From Azolla caroliniana (Eukaryota; Plantae; Polypodiophyta): 64,000 nucleotides of DNA. A program made the position numbers and the translations under genes. The notes under the pieces are model-generated. The model ran no database searches and was not told the DNA's origin. It saw only the letters and a program-made list of their open reading frames with translations. The DNA is taken from NCBI GenBank assembly GCA_043228905.1, contig JBHGNT010000022.1, positions 3,534,001-3,598,000 of the forward strand. Reading direction: 5' to 3'. This document shows, in pieces, positions 22,648-35,130 of this stretch (position 1 is its first letter; the number at the start of each line of letters is the position of its first letter).

Positions 22648-24887
22648 CCATATAATATCCCGTGGTGAGAATTTACCGTAGTATTCTATACACGTGGATA
22701 AGTGTGAGGGTTAAACGAGAGTGTAAAGAAGGGGAGGATTACATTTAATCCTCGGGATTGAGACAACCCATTACGCCCAAGTGTGAACTTGCCTGGCGGC
22801 CTTGGGTATCGCTATAAATAAGAGGCCTAGCTACCCTCATTTCATCATCTATTGACTATGTCGAGACTTTGTTATTGTGGTGGTCAACTCTTGTACAAGC
22901 GCGCCAGCACCAGGTACGACTCGACGCCACGTCGGTGGTATGGGACGCCGATCGAGGCTCGAGTCCGTCTCGATCCCTTCGCTCGGCGGTGGTCGGGTTG
23001 ATCGACACCCTTCTTTTTCTCTCTCCTTTCTATCTATCTATCATTCTTTTCTCCTTATCATAAAATTACATTAGATCATATCTCTAATAGGATGCGTGGG
23101 TGAACCGCAAACAGGTTTTCCCCACTAGCACAACGACTAGGAAGTTGGAGCTCAAGCAAGAGCTCAACAATGTCTGGCACAAGGATCTGTCAGTGGTTGA
23201 TTACATAACCTAAATGAAGGAGATCTGTGATTCTCTCGCCTCCATCAACGTGATCATCGAGGAGGACGAAATGGTGCAGGTTTGCCTCGGAGGGCTGGCG
23301 TCTAAACACACGGTTTGCACAGGGGAGAACACACCTTCATTTTTCGAGCTACAATTGATGTTGCTCGTTGAAGAGAACTACATGAGTGTGTCGACGAGCA
23401 CGCACGCCGACAACAAGATGCTATACATGGAGGTAGAAAGGCCCTGTGGTTGTGTGGGATGAGGCAGATCGGCACGCAAAGGAGGTGGCTGACAAGAACA
23501 GAACTAGAGGCATAATCAAAATGCCGACAACAGTTTTGAAACCTCCACAAGTAGGGAGAGTCAAGGCGGTGCCATAAGTTGGCAAGGAAAGGTCGCGAAA
23601 GATTGTTGGTACTGTGGCCAAAAGGGCCATAGAGAGAGTGAGTGCTGGAAGAAGGACGCCAATTCGGACTGAGCCGAGTGGACACAAATAGGCATTAGAG
23701 ATCACATTACGCCGAAGGCTCAGGGCGAGCCGAAACGGGCCCAACCTTCGTAATGATGCACAAAGCAAACTCGATGGGGATAAACACCTCAAAGTCGAAC
23801 GAGGTGTGGTACGTGGGTTCCAGAGCATCAAACCACTTGACGAATCACAAGGAGTGATTCTCGACGCTAGAGAAGCCAGAGAAGCAGGGCGTTGTCGAAA
23901 CTGGTGACGACAACCCTCACCCTATCGAATATATTGGAGATGTCCGTCTGAGCCATGTTGGTCAGAAAGGAATCATGAGAAATGTCTTGCATGTGCACAA
24001 TCACCAAGAACTTGGTGTCGGTTGGACAAATGGTTGACCAGGGCATGCAAGTTCGATTTACTCACCTCGGATGCTTCATAGAAGAAGAAGGCCAGGTTAT
24101 TGCGTAAGGGCGCTAAGAAGAGACGATGTTTATCCTCAAAACAAATGGCGTAGGCACTGGTATGTTTACCAAAGGGCAAAAGGTTGAGTCAGACATCGAC
24201 CTGTGGCACAAGTGGTTCAACCACGTCAACTTCCCGCGGTTTCGGGGAATGCATATGAAGAACATCGTTTTCGGCTTGCCGAAATTCAGTGGCAAAAAGG
24301 GCCAAGTCTGTAAAGCTTGCTAGTTAGGGAAGCATCACCGACTTCCATTCCCCAATGAGTGCAATCGAAGCTATAACAAGCTCGACTTAATCCATTCAGA
24401 TGTGTGGGGGCCAACATAGAACGTGAGTATCAGTGGAAGTCGTTACTTTGTAACCTTCATCGATGACCACACTCGGCACACTTGGGCATGATGCTTGATC
24501 AAGAAGGATAAGCAGAGGAAGCTAGACGCCAAAGTCGAGAAGTGTATCTTAGTCGGCTACTCGAACGAGCAAAAGGGTTATAACTGTTATAACCCCCGAA
24601 CAAAACATTTATGAGTTAGTCGAGATGTCGTATTTGACGAGTCGGCCTCGTGGTACTTGTCTCCACCTCGAACCTCCTTCAACTCCATTCCGAATTCTGA
24701 GGATGAGGCTAGTGAGGCCAAGATGCCCATTGATGGAGAAGAAATAAAAATCTAGAAGAGAGTTCGATCTCATTTCGGTTAGTGGGGCGAATGAGGGACT
24801 AAGTTGGAATGACCAGTCGGATGTGGAGCCGGCGAGTAGTGGGGACTCGGTCGTGTAGTCCTTGCGCAAGGAACCGAGGAGACAGTT

Positions 24888-26209
24888 TGTTGAGCATACA
24901 AGCTCAACCAGATCCGGATCGGTATCTGGAACGGAGAACCAGATAGGTATCTGGATCGCTATTCGGAACCAAGAACCATATCGGATTGTAACCGGTAGGC
25001 TGTTGGAGGCCTACAATTTTAGCCTAGTACGTAGGCATATTCCTTGGAGTTAGTGTCAGTCGCTCGTATGAGCATTGAAATACTTGTTAGTCCTTTTAAG
25101 GACTTGTATAGAAAGTGCCTTGTAGGACATTTGTATGTATAGAGTATTATTATTTTGAATTGTTTTTCTGTTCTAGTCTCTCTATCTCTCCCGTGTGCTG
25201 TGTATTCTCAAGCTTCCATTAAACCTTCATTTCTGTTGACTGTTGTTATCCGGTTGAGCCGGTTGGTCTACTGTAACAAGCTTCCACACACAATTCTTTA
25301 CCTGGTATCAGAGCGCGAGGGTTGAGAACCTCTGCTGCCGACAACTGCTCAAAACGGACAAACCCTAATCACCGGTAAAGAACATAAGAGATATGGACAG
25401 AAGCATGGCGAGCTCCCTTCCTACAAAAAAGCTCGACCAGAACAACTATGCGTCTTGGTCATATAAAATGCACCAATATATGTTGGGGCACGAATATTGG
25501 AGCTACATGGAAGGAGTAAATGTAGTAGCGCCGGATTCAGCACACAAGGACTTTCCAGTGTGGGAGTAAGGAGTGAGCAGAGTGTTGTACTGACATGTTG
25601 ATTACCGACTACACCACCAAGATCAAGGAGATTTGTGATGCCCTTGGGTCCATCAATGTGACGGTGGACAAAGACGAGATAGTCCAGATCTACCTCGGTG
25701 GTCTAGAACAATGGTACAGGCCAATCCGGATGGCAATTGACACCCAAGAGAAGCCATCGTCCGACTTCGACCTACAATCGATGCTAATGGTTGAAAACCA
25801 CGCGAGTGGGTCGAGGACCACTCAATCGGACAACCAGATACTTTACACGGAGGCGGATTGGCCCTGTTGGCGTGGAGGATGAGATGGGTTGGCACGCAAT
25901 AGTGGCGACCAACAAGAGCAGAACCGGAGGTACAGAGATAGTGCTGACAATAGTTCCAGACTCTCCACAAGCAAGGGGAGTCAAATTGGCACCGGAAACC
26001 AGCAAGGGAAGGCTGACACAGAATGCTGGTACTGTGGCAAGAAATGCCACCGGGAGAGCGAGTGCTGGAAGAAGAGCACCGATTCAAATAAATCTGGATC
26101 CGGCAAGACCGGACAAGGAACCGACAAAGCTCGCATTACGTTGAAGGATCAGAAGGATCCGGGATCAAGGATGAAGCACAAGGCGAACTCGATGAAGAAG
26201 ACCACTTTT
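24888..26209 (+). mobile_element. Ty1/copia 5' portion: LTR (24888-25302), PBS-Met (25303) and internally deleted gag
   Basis: TGTTGAGC start; TGGTATCAGAGC; gag LPTKKLDQNNYASWSYKM; CWYCGKKCHRESEC. Confidence 0.85.
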
Positions 26210-27065
26210 GATGTCGTGATGTTTTTGACACATAGTGTGAAACCACCCTCAAAAGAGAATAAAATAGTAGTCGAAATAAACTAATGTTGTTAAATCAACT
26301 ATAGTAATAAATGAAAGGATAAAAAGTTAGAAGGAGTTTTTGAAAGTACACAAAAATAGAGAAAAAGATAGGAAAAGAAAAGCTAGCCGTGGATATGAGG
26401 ACCAAGGCTGAGTACAAAGCTCGTAGTTTCCTCGTCCAATGTCCAAATTAGAAAAGGAAAGATGCATAAGAAAGCTAATAGAAATAACTTTCTAACTTTC
26501 TAAGAGTAGCTTGCATGTCAGATTTGACGTTACGAAACAGAAATAGTGATAAAACGAAAAGTCGACTCATATAGAGAAACTTTTGGGAAAAAGAAAGAAA
26601 GGAAGCAAGCAATCCTAAACTTATAAACACAAGAATAAACACAATTATTTATAGGTTTAGGATTGCTTGCTTCCTTTCTTTCTTTTTCCCAAAAGTTTCT
26701 CTATATGAGTCGACTTTTCGTTTTATCACTATTTCTGTTCCATAACGTCAAATCTGACATGCAAGCTACTCTCAGAAAGTTAGAAAGTTATTTCTATTAG
26801 CTTTCTTATGCATCTTTCCTTTTCTAATTTGGACATTGGACGGGGAAACTACGAGCTTTTTACTCGACATTGCTCCTCATATCCACGACTAGGTTTTCTT
26901 TTCCTATCTTTTTCTTTATTTTTGTCTACTTTCGAAAACCACTTCTAACTTTTTATCCTTTCATTTATTACTATAGTTGATTTAACAACATTAGTTTATT
27001 TCGACTACTATTTTATTCTCTTTTGAGGGTGGTTTCACACTATGTGTCGAAAACATCACGACATC
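26210..27065. repeat. Long inverted repeat: 418-bp arms (26210-26627 and 26648-27065) with a 20-bp spacer, derived from LTR U3
   Basis: The left arm is the near-perfect reverse complement of the right arm. Both are homologous to 29390-29793. Confidence 0.95.
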
Positions 27066-29793
27066 CACCCCCACCAAACCTGCACATCCTTTGATATGTG
27101 CCAAGTGAGGTTTCATCCTCCTATTTGAAATCATTAATCCTTGTCCGAATGTTTTCCTTTCTTTCTAACCTAAGTATATGTGATGGAGATTGACTTTGAA
27201 CCAGCTTTTTGGCTCCTTGTATCTCTTCTTCCAATGCCACCACGACCATTCTTTCCACCATAGCCATGGAGACCATCCAAACCACCAAATGCTTCATCCG
27301 ATTGTTGTGGCATCTTCCGCCTTTGTTTCGATCATCTTCATGGTCAAGGAACTTCAATCTTCCTTCTTCTGCCAATCCAAGCTTGTCTTTGTTAGGCCTC
27401 ATCCAAACATTGACTTTGACTACTCCTTGTAGCCCATGCTTCAAGTACATGCTCACATTTAGGCCCTTAGACGACCACATTGCATTTTTCCCACTTCTTC
27501 CTTTTTCATGGTATGCTCTCATGTGAGAGTTGACCATCAATTGTTTGATCTTTGTAATGGTGTCCTCTTTCGAGTTGGATATTGTGATCAAATACCAAGG
27601 AACGCCCTTCGAATTCACTTCATTCGTTTGGTCATCGTCATGCACCATTGTGCTTTGTTTGACCTCTTCATCATATGCATTAGCTTTAACCTTTGCTTCC
27701 TCGCCACCACCTTCCTTCTCTTGGGTCTTAATTTGGTTTGGGTATGTCTCTTGGGTGATGGCCCTTTCTCCACCGACCAATATGTCCTCGTCTACCATTG
27801 CCCAAATCTCTTGAAATAATGGGGAGGAAGTCTTAGCACACTTGTCATCCTCCATTGTGTTGTCCATAGCAACCTCTACCTCTAAGTCATTATCCATGGC
27901 CATCTCTTCAAATTCATGGGCCATCTACCCATTGACCTTCTCAATCGAGCATGCCTCGATTATGCTTGCCTCCTCATCATACACATCGGCTTTGACCTTC
28001 ACTTCCTCGCTACCACCTTCCTTCTCTTGGGTCTTAATTTGGTTTGGGTATGACTCTTCGGCTATGTCCCTTTTTCCACTGACTGATATGTCTCCATCCA
28101 CCATTGCCCAAATCTCTTAAAATAGTGGGAAGGAAGTCTCGGGACACTTACCATCCTCCTTTGCCATGTCATCCATAGCCATCTTCATCCTAACGTCGTT
28201 GTCCTCCATTGTTCTTTCGGTCGGCTCACTCTTCTTTGACATCTCATTTGCTATTGGAGCCTTCCATCTTTGAACTATTGACCCCTCCATGTCGGAATCA
28301 TCTAGCCATCGACGACGCTTGTCAAACCGGTCACATGCTCTTCTTACCTCCACCCAATCCATTATGAGACCATTGGGTTGTGTTTCATCCTCTAATAGAC
28401 AACCTAATTCTTTTCTATCTTTCACATTCACCGCCTTCAAGAAGTATAAAACCTTATCTCCTTTGAGAAATATTTGGCCAGTGCTTGAGAGACGATTGTC
28501 CATTTGGTTGAATTCGTTGTACACCCCCAATGCATTTATTTTCTTCCGCTTCTTCTCGATCCACTTCATCAACGTGTGTCAAGTCATCCTTGATGCATCT
28601 TCAAGCATATATTCAGCCAAAAGTGCTCTTTCGAATCCCGCCCATGTTGTTTGCGTGGCTTGAATCTCCCTTATACGGCCTTGTAACCCTTTTGCCACGA
28701 CACGCTTGAAGTTTGATATTTGTTTCTCTTCGATGACATCTCGTTGTAGCATCTCTTTCTTGTATATAATGAGGAAATCCGTAATATTTCTTCCACCAAA
28801 TTGGCCCGCTATATCAATGATCCGGTAGATGACCTTGTTTAATCTTGCATCATTATCACGAGCTCTCATCATATGCTCGACAATAGCTACCAACTTCGCC
28901 ACTTCGTCAACTTGGTTGTTTGTCGAAGAAGCCATCTTCTAATCTTCTATTTCAAGCACTTGAATCCTTCCTACCGCCTCTTCACGTCGGGTTCACCACT
29001 TAATTATGTCGTGAAAATCCACCACTATGTGCGGATCGTGAGGCGGAACTGCCGAGGTTATGAACTGGAAGGAATTAGGGATCATACGCATAACACAAGC
29101 AAGATTCACACATAAGACACATAGGTGAAACAAAACATTAGTTTATTGTAAAATAATATATTATTTTATAATATAAGAATCATGTTACAACGGGTTGGAT
29201 GAGAATATGCAGGATTGTTTATAAAGGAATGGGCAAAGAGAGGTGGAGGAAAGAAGAGAGTGGAGTATAGAAGGAGTTTCTTTGTTGATGATGCCTCTCG
29301 ATGTTGTTGATCCTTCTTCTTCTGATTTCCAATTGAGTAGAGCTTCCACGTTCCTTCTCCCTCCCCCCCTTCTTCACTAGAATAGGCTCTTATTTATAGG
29401 TTTAGGATTGCTTGCCTTTTTCCCCTAAAAAAAGCTTGTCTATATGAGTAGACTTTGCTTTTCCTCACTATTTCTGTTTTCTAGCGCCAAATTTCACATT
29501 CAAGATATTCTTGGAAAGCTCTTTGGGTTAGCTTTCTTATGCATCTTTTCGTTTCTATTTTGGACATTTGAAGAGGAAATTATGAGCTTTTTACCAGACC
29601 TTGCTCCTCATATCCACGGCTAGCTTTTTTTTTCCCATCTTTTTCTCTATTTTTGTCTACTTTCGAAAACCTCTTCTAACTTCTTATCCTTTCATTTATT
29701 ACTATAGTTGACTTAAGAAAATTAGTTTATTTGGACCACTATTTTATTCTCTTTTGAGGTTGGTTTCACACTATGTGTCGAAACATCACGACA
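26648..29793 (-). mobile_element. Non-autonomous (gag-only) Ty3/gypsy-type LTR element with tRNA-Trp PBS
   Basis: 5' LTR 29793-29007 (TGTCGTGA...CACGACA); PBS TGGTGAACCCGACGTGAA at 28998-28981; gag-like ORF pieces 28935-27121; PPT GGTGGGGGTGGA; 3' LTR from 27063, truncated at the TATA box. No pol. Confidence 0.85.
27666..28200 (-). repeat. ~305-bp-period internal duplication in the acidic gag tail
   Basis: CCACCTTCCTTCTCTTGGGTCTTAATTTGGTTTGGGTATG...CCATTGCCCAAATCTCTT occurs at ~27703 and ~28011. Confidence 0.85.
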
Positions 29794-31373
29794 CCACCAC
29801 TTCATCAATCAACATCGTCCTCACCTCGATCGGCTTCTCCAGCCCCAACGAGAGTTGCTTTCTCTTCACTAGATCGATGATGCCATCGTGGACCTCCTTC
29901 TTCGCTATCCCTAGAACTTCTCACTGCGTGAGATCCATGCGATTGTCGAGGATTCGCTCCTCCAAGACCTTTCGTAGGTTCGTTGCCCTTTCTATCTTTG
30001 AGCTCAACCGGAAGCTCGACAACTTCGTCTTCTCCTGTGAGCCGGTTGGGCTTCTGTCATTTCTCTTCGGACCGCTCCGGGTCTCATATTGGTTCAAGGG
30101 AACAGCCCCTTCAGCCTTTCCGGTTTTCTTGTCTTCTCCCAGAACCTTGTAGTTCTGGCACACAGCTACCTCTTGGACCCGCCTCTTCGCGCGATCCACT
30201 TCCTCCTTCACTAGCTTCTTCCCGGAGGAGCTTTCAAGCAGTACCAGTCAGAATCTGGTGTCTTTCGTCACCTTGCTATTCTCCCCTCCTACCCGAATAC
30301 AGAAGGATGCCGAGTAATGGACGATTTCGGTGTGTTGCGTCGTAGCCTCCTCCATCAGCCTCTTCATCCCGCGCTGGCCAATGTTTATTTCTAGGGGCCT
30401 TCGCGTGTCATTTGAATGCACCCTACTATTCCAAAGATATACCACATTGTTCCTCAATGCGTCGACAAAGTCAACGCAGTCTCTCCGGTTGTGGCTGACC
30501 TTATCGCACCATACACATCTCTTATCGTTCGACGGGCGTCGATCATGTTCTTTACCATCGCTCTCCCTCCGGGCCTGAGCGATCTAGAAATCGCACACCA
30601 TCCTTGTTAGCTCCTCTAGAGCCGTGCCCTTGGCAGGTTCTAGGTCGTGCCCGACTCGAGCCACCATCTCGTCTCTTTGGACCAGGTCGGAATCAGATCC
30701 TCCAACTTCTTCCATGTGATCGGGCTGTCCGTAGACGGCCCCTCGTTGTTCCAATCTCACCACTTATCGAAACGGCTATAGAACCTCTTTACAATGGCCC
30801 AGTCGACTGTCAGCCCTTCATCCGTCTCCAATAGGAGGCCCACCTTCTCTCGATCTGGCGCGTTGACAGACTTAATAAACAACAGGACCTTGCTCGTATC
30901 GAGCACGATTCGATCTAATGCCAAGAGTTGGACAAATTGCCTTTCGATCTCTTGGAGGAGCACTGATGTATTCCCCACATTTCCGGGGCTCTCAACCCAC
31001 TCCATGAACTCCCATTTTGACAATCGGAGCAAGTCGTCGAAGTCATAGCTTTTGAGGAGCCGCCCCTCGAATTCTGCCCAGTTCCGATAGTCAGCCTAAA
31101 CCTCGAGCACCTCTGCATGGATGCTCAGTGTCACTACTCGTGGGAATCTGGATAACCACATATATTTCAGGACGGTAGGCCTGTAGGTAGCTTTTCGCGT
31201 CCTTACTATTGAACTGGCCTATTGTGCCGACTATTGCCTCTATGGCCCTATCGAGGGTACTCGTGGCCTCTCGAGCGTTCACAAGGTGGTCAATAGCCAC
31301 TGCCATCGCTTTAACAATTTCACTTGCTCTCATCTTGGACTCCTTTGCCGCCCCCTTTCACATCGGGTTCACC
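29794..31373 (-). mobile_element. tRNA-Trp-primed Ty3/gypsy gag remnant
   Basis: PBS TGGTGAACCCGATGTGAA at 31373-31356; gag MRASEIVKAM...LSKWEFMEWVESP..., homologous to 38920-39550 and 28.1-28.9 kb. Confidence 0.8.
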
Positions 31374-31409
31374 AAATATGTCGCATTCACCAAATATGTC
31401 ACCAAATAT

Positions 31410-32040
31410 GTCGGTTGTAGAGGTTCTCAACCCTCGCGATTTGATACCATCTAAAAACGAAGGTGTGGAAGCGTTAGACAACCTGCTTAGCTGGATAGCA
31501 ACAGAGAGAGAGACAGATTAACACACAAAATGTACGCAGGAAAGATAGAGAAAGAGCAGAACAACTTAAATTTATTATCAACAACTTTGTAAAATTCTCT
31601 GTACATACAACGTGCTCAACAACACTATATATACAAGTCCTAAGAGGACTGACAGAAGTACGGTGTACTTCAATGCTCACACGAGCGTCTAAAACTAAGT
31701 ACAAAACATTAACTACCTAGTACTCTAGGCTGCTACTAGGCTCCCGATTACTGTTGGATCTAGGTAACTGACTCCCTAGCTCACCGACTCACTTGCTCAT
31801 CGGCTCACCGATCCGGCTCAGGCTTATTCAGCCAATCTGGATCTAGTTGAGCTTGCCACTCAACACTCCCCCTCAAGCTCATTGGCGAACAAAGCGAGGC
31901 CAACGTCATTGGTGTTGAGGATGACCATCCTCCCATCTTTGCGCCCTTGCGCAATAATCTGGATGAGTAGACACCAAGTGCAAGACTATGGATCAGAAGG
32001 TGAGGCCAGTCACGGCTCCCTTGTCAGAGGAAAACTGGTC
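31410..32040 (-). mobile_element. Copia LTR (31865-31452) flanked by a PPT upstream and a PBS-Met downstream
   Basis: PPT GAGCTTGAGGGGGAG (31880-31866); LTR start TGTTGAGTGGCAAGCTCAAC, as at 24888; PBS TGGTATCAAATCGCG near 31449. Confidence 0.8.
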
Positions 32041-34104
32041 ATAGATGAAAGGGGTCGCGACGGACCCAAGTTTACGAGATCCGGCCGGCATAGGAGACTG
32101 GTTCACAAATGAGGCGTTGCGGAAGCTCAAGATCGGTGGGGGTGGCTTCCTACTGCCCCTGGAGGAGGACCGGTTTCGGAGGATGCTCAAAAGGCATGGG
32201 AAAGCCTTTGCATTCTCACCGAGGGTGATCGGGTGCGTTGACCTGAAGATCGTACAGCCAATGGTGATCTTCACGGTACCGCATGTACCACGGAATCTCA
32301 AACCGATTCTGGTGCCGAGAGCTCACATCCCGAAGTTGATTGAGCTGCTAAGGCAGAAGGTCGATATGGGTATCCTCGAACCATCGAGCTCCCTGTACTC
32401 GAATCGGTGGTTTATGGCGCCAAAGAAGAATGGCACACTGCGCTTTATTTAGGACCTACAACCGGTCAACAAGGTGACTATTCGAAATGTAGGAGTCGGT
32501 CCGACAGTTGATGAGTTTGCGGAGGCCTTTCCCGGAAGCTCTATCTACTCACTCGGCGACTTATACTTTCGGGTATGACCAGTTCCAGCTAGTCGTGGAG
32601 AGTAGAGACATCACGACGATGTGAAGCCATCTCGGCCTAGTTCGGATGTGTACCCTACTACCAGGAGGGACCAACTCGGTGGCACACATGGTGAATGCAA
32701 GGAACAAGGTGTTGAAAGACTACATCCTGGACATCACCATGCCGTTTTTGGATGACATCCCGATCAAGGGATGTTCGGAGGACGCTAAGGACGATTCGAT
32801 CGGAGTGGACGGATGCCAGAGATTTGTCACGGACCACATCTCCAACTGCAGGAAGATATTCCCGAGGCTTGAGGGCACCCGACTTACCTTCTCCGGGGAG
32901 AAGTTGGCTTTTGGACAATCAGAGATCCTGGTGGTCGGTCACTTGTGTGTGCCATACAACTGGAAACCGTCTCCGGCGAAGATAGAGGCCATCTCGGCAA
33001 TGAAGGAAGAGGGTCGGTCGGTCACGTAAGTCTGACGGTTCCTAGGGCCATGCGCTTTCTACCACATTTGGATTCTGCAATACATGCATATCACCAAGCC
33101 GCTCTACGGGTTGCTAAAGAAGGGACGAAAATTTGAATTGGGTGAAGAGCACCCGGAGGCATTTCCGAGACTGAAGGAAAAGCTGGCGGTGGCACCGGCT
33201 CTCTGGAAAGCAGTGTACAAGAAGGACACTACGGTTTACATGATGGTTGATATGAGTCCAACTGGAATCGGGTGGGTGGTTAATCAGGAGGAGGAGGACA
33301 ACACACGGTTCCCCATCTGGTTTGGTGCAAAGGTGCCGAGCAAGTGGCAATGAGGATACGCCCAGGTTAAACACGAACTCTGGGGTATTGTCTCGGTGGT
33401 CAAGACCGATAACGACTACTTGATTGGGCGGAAATGATAATCGAGATGGACTGCCTACCGATTCTCGGTATGGTTTTCGGATGCACGATGCGCGACTCTG
33501 GGCTTGGCAATGCTCAGGTGGGTCGCGTACATCAAGACCCTGAATCCGGAGATACGACACATCTCCGAAAGGACAACACCATGGCCGATATGCTCTCAGG
33601 AGCACGATTCGAGAATGAGGACGACATGGTGTCGGAAGACGAAGAGGTCGGTGTGGACTTATTCGAGTCGCCTAGAATGTCGGGAAACAAGCAGAGCCCT
33701 CAGGCCCTAAACGAGTTCGACGAGAATGACTACCACAGACGCGGCATGGACGAAAGACGAAGCGAGCCGTATCCATAAGAAGGCTTATTGGTTCTTCCTA
33801 CAGAACGGTAAGATATGGAAGCACCTGAAGAGACGGACTGACACACCACTTCGAGTGATGATGAAGAAAGAAGACTAGACGGTGCTCTTATCGAAGATTC
33901 ACGAAAGCCCCTGGTCTCGACACCGGTGTCACGAAAATACGACAAGGATACGTGAAGTTGAGGCAGAACCCCGGGGCCTTTGACCAGAGGATATAAAATT
34001 CGTGCATTTATACTTTAAGAATTAACATAAATGAGAAAGTTTAATAAATTTCATTAGCAAAGGAGAAGAAAAATTACAATCAATCCCAAGATTGGGATTA
34101 CAAA

Positions 34105-35130
34105 AGTTTAAGGTTTGTGAGATATGGCTTCGATAAGAAACAATTAGGTTTCAAATTTATGAGATATGGCTTTCATAAGAAAAACATTAGTGCTATTTGA
34201 GAGATATGGCTTCCGTAAAGAAAATTATTAGGGTTCTAGTTTTTGAGAGATAGCGTTTGTAAGGAAATTTAGGGTTTATGTGAGCGATAGCTGTCATGAT
34301 AACAGTCACATCATGCATCGAAAGGATCATGACACTCACATTATGACTCGAAAGGATTTGAACCCACGACCTTGTTGTACACATGTCAAATCCTTAACCA
34401 TTGTATTAATATTCTTATATGTATAGTCTTTAGAATATGAAATCTAATATCATAGGAATATTCTATATTACTCTACATTCTAGAATGACCTAGAATATTC
34501 TAGAGTGTTCTATACCACTAGAACCTTCTAGAATACTCTAGAGATCTTCTAGATTACTCTACATTCTAGGATAACCTAGAATATTCTAGAGTGTTCTCTA
34601 TTACTTATAAATAGGGATCTACCACCCATCCCAAACCTAAATTGGTTCAACGCCATTTTGTAGCCTACTCTTTGTAATCCATTTTACGCTTCAATATAAT
34701 AATTCTCATTCAATTATCTTTCTATCTCTTTTTCTCTCTCTTTCTCTCTCTCAGTCTTGACAATAGCTTCCGTAAGGAAAGTTAGGGTTTATGGCTTCAA
34801 TAAGAAAATTAGGGTTTTTGGCTTCCTTGAGAGATGGATTCGATAAGATAATCAGGATTCTCCTCCAAAAGATGGCTTCGATAAGAAATCTAGGTTTCAA
34901 ATTTATGAGATATGGCTTTCATATGAAAAAAATTAGGGTTATTCAAGAGACATGGCTTCCGTAAGGAAAATTAAGGTTTTTGAGAGATATGGCCTCCGTA
35001 AGGAAATTAGGGTTTATGACTTCCATAAGGAAATTAGAGTTTTTGAGAGATATGGCTTCCGTAAGGAAAATTAGGGTTTATGGTTTTGTTATGAAAATTA
35101 GGGCTTTTCCCCCAAAAGATGGTTTCGATC
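34105..35130. repeat. Degenerate tandem repeat GAGATATGGCTTCCGTAAGGAAAATTAGGGTTT, about a dozen copies
   Basis: Directly visible repeated units of variable length, interrupted by a solo LTR. Confidence 0.85.
34292..34762 (+). mobile_element. Solo LTR (471 bp), related to the LTR at 2130
   Basis: TGTCATGA...TCTTGACA, TSD ATAGC at 34287-34291 and 34763-34767, TATAAATA inside. Confidence 0.92.

Larger units (their letters stand above)
16156..23089 (+). mobile_element. Full-length (degenerate) chromoviral Ty3/gypsy LTR retrotransposon, 6.9 kb
   Basis: LTRs 16156-16612 and 22634-23089; TSD GGATG at 16151-16155 and 23090-23094; PBS TGGTTTTAGAGC at 16615; PPT AAGAGGGGGAGTA. Order gag, PR (FDSGSSH), RT (FLDDIL), RNase H (TDASDY), INT, chromodomain (KWMDKSIQDATWE). 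Confidence 0.95.
14920..24887 (+). mobile_element. Decayed Ty1/copia element (LTR, PBS-Met, gag, PR, integrase), split by the gypsy insertion at 16156-23089
   Basis: PBS TGGTATCAGAGC at 15335 and 15799. The gag frame MPKD|AWVN continues across the insertion. CWYCGQKGHRESEC knuckle, LIHSDVWGP integrase motif, CILVGYS. 3' part missing. Confidence 0.85.

Noticed and set aside
26205-29798. TSD around the 26212-29793 element
   Set aside because: The flanks (TTTGA versus CCACC) do not match, and the left and right hosts are different elements.
34105-35130. Interstitial telomere
   Set aside because: Only isolated TTAGGGTTT motifs within longer units; no (TTTAGGG)n array.
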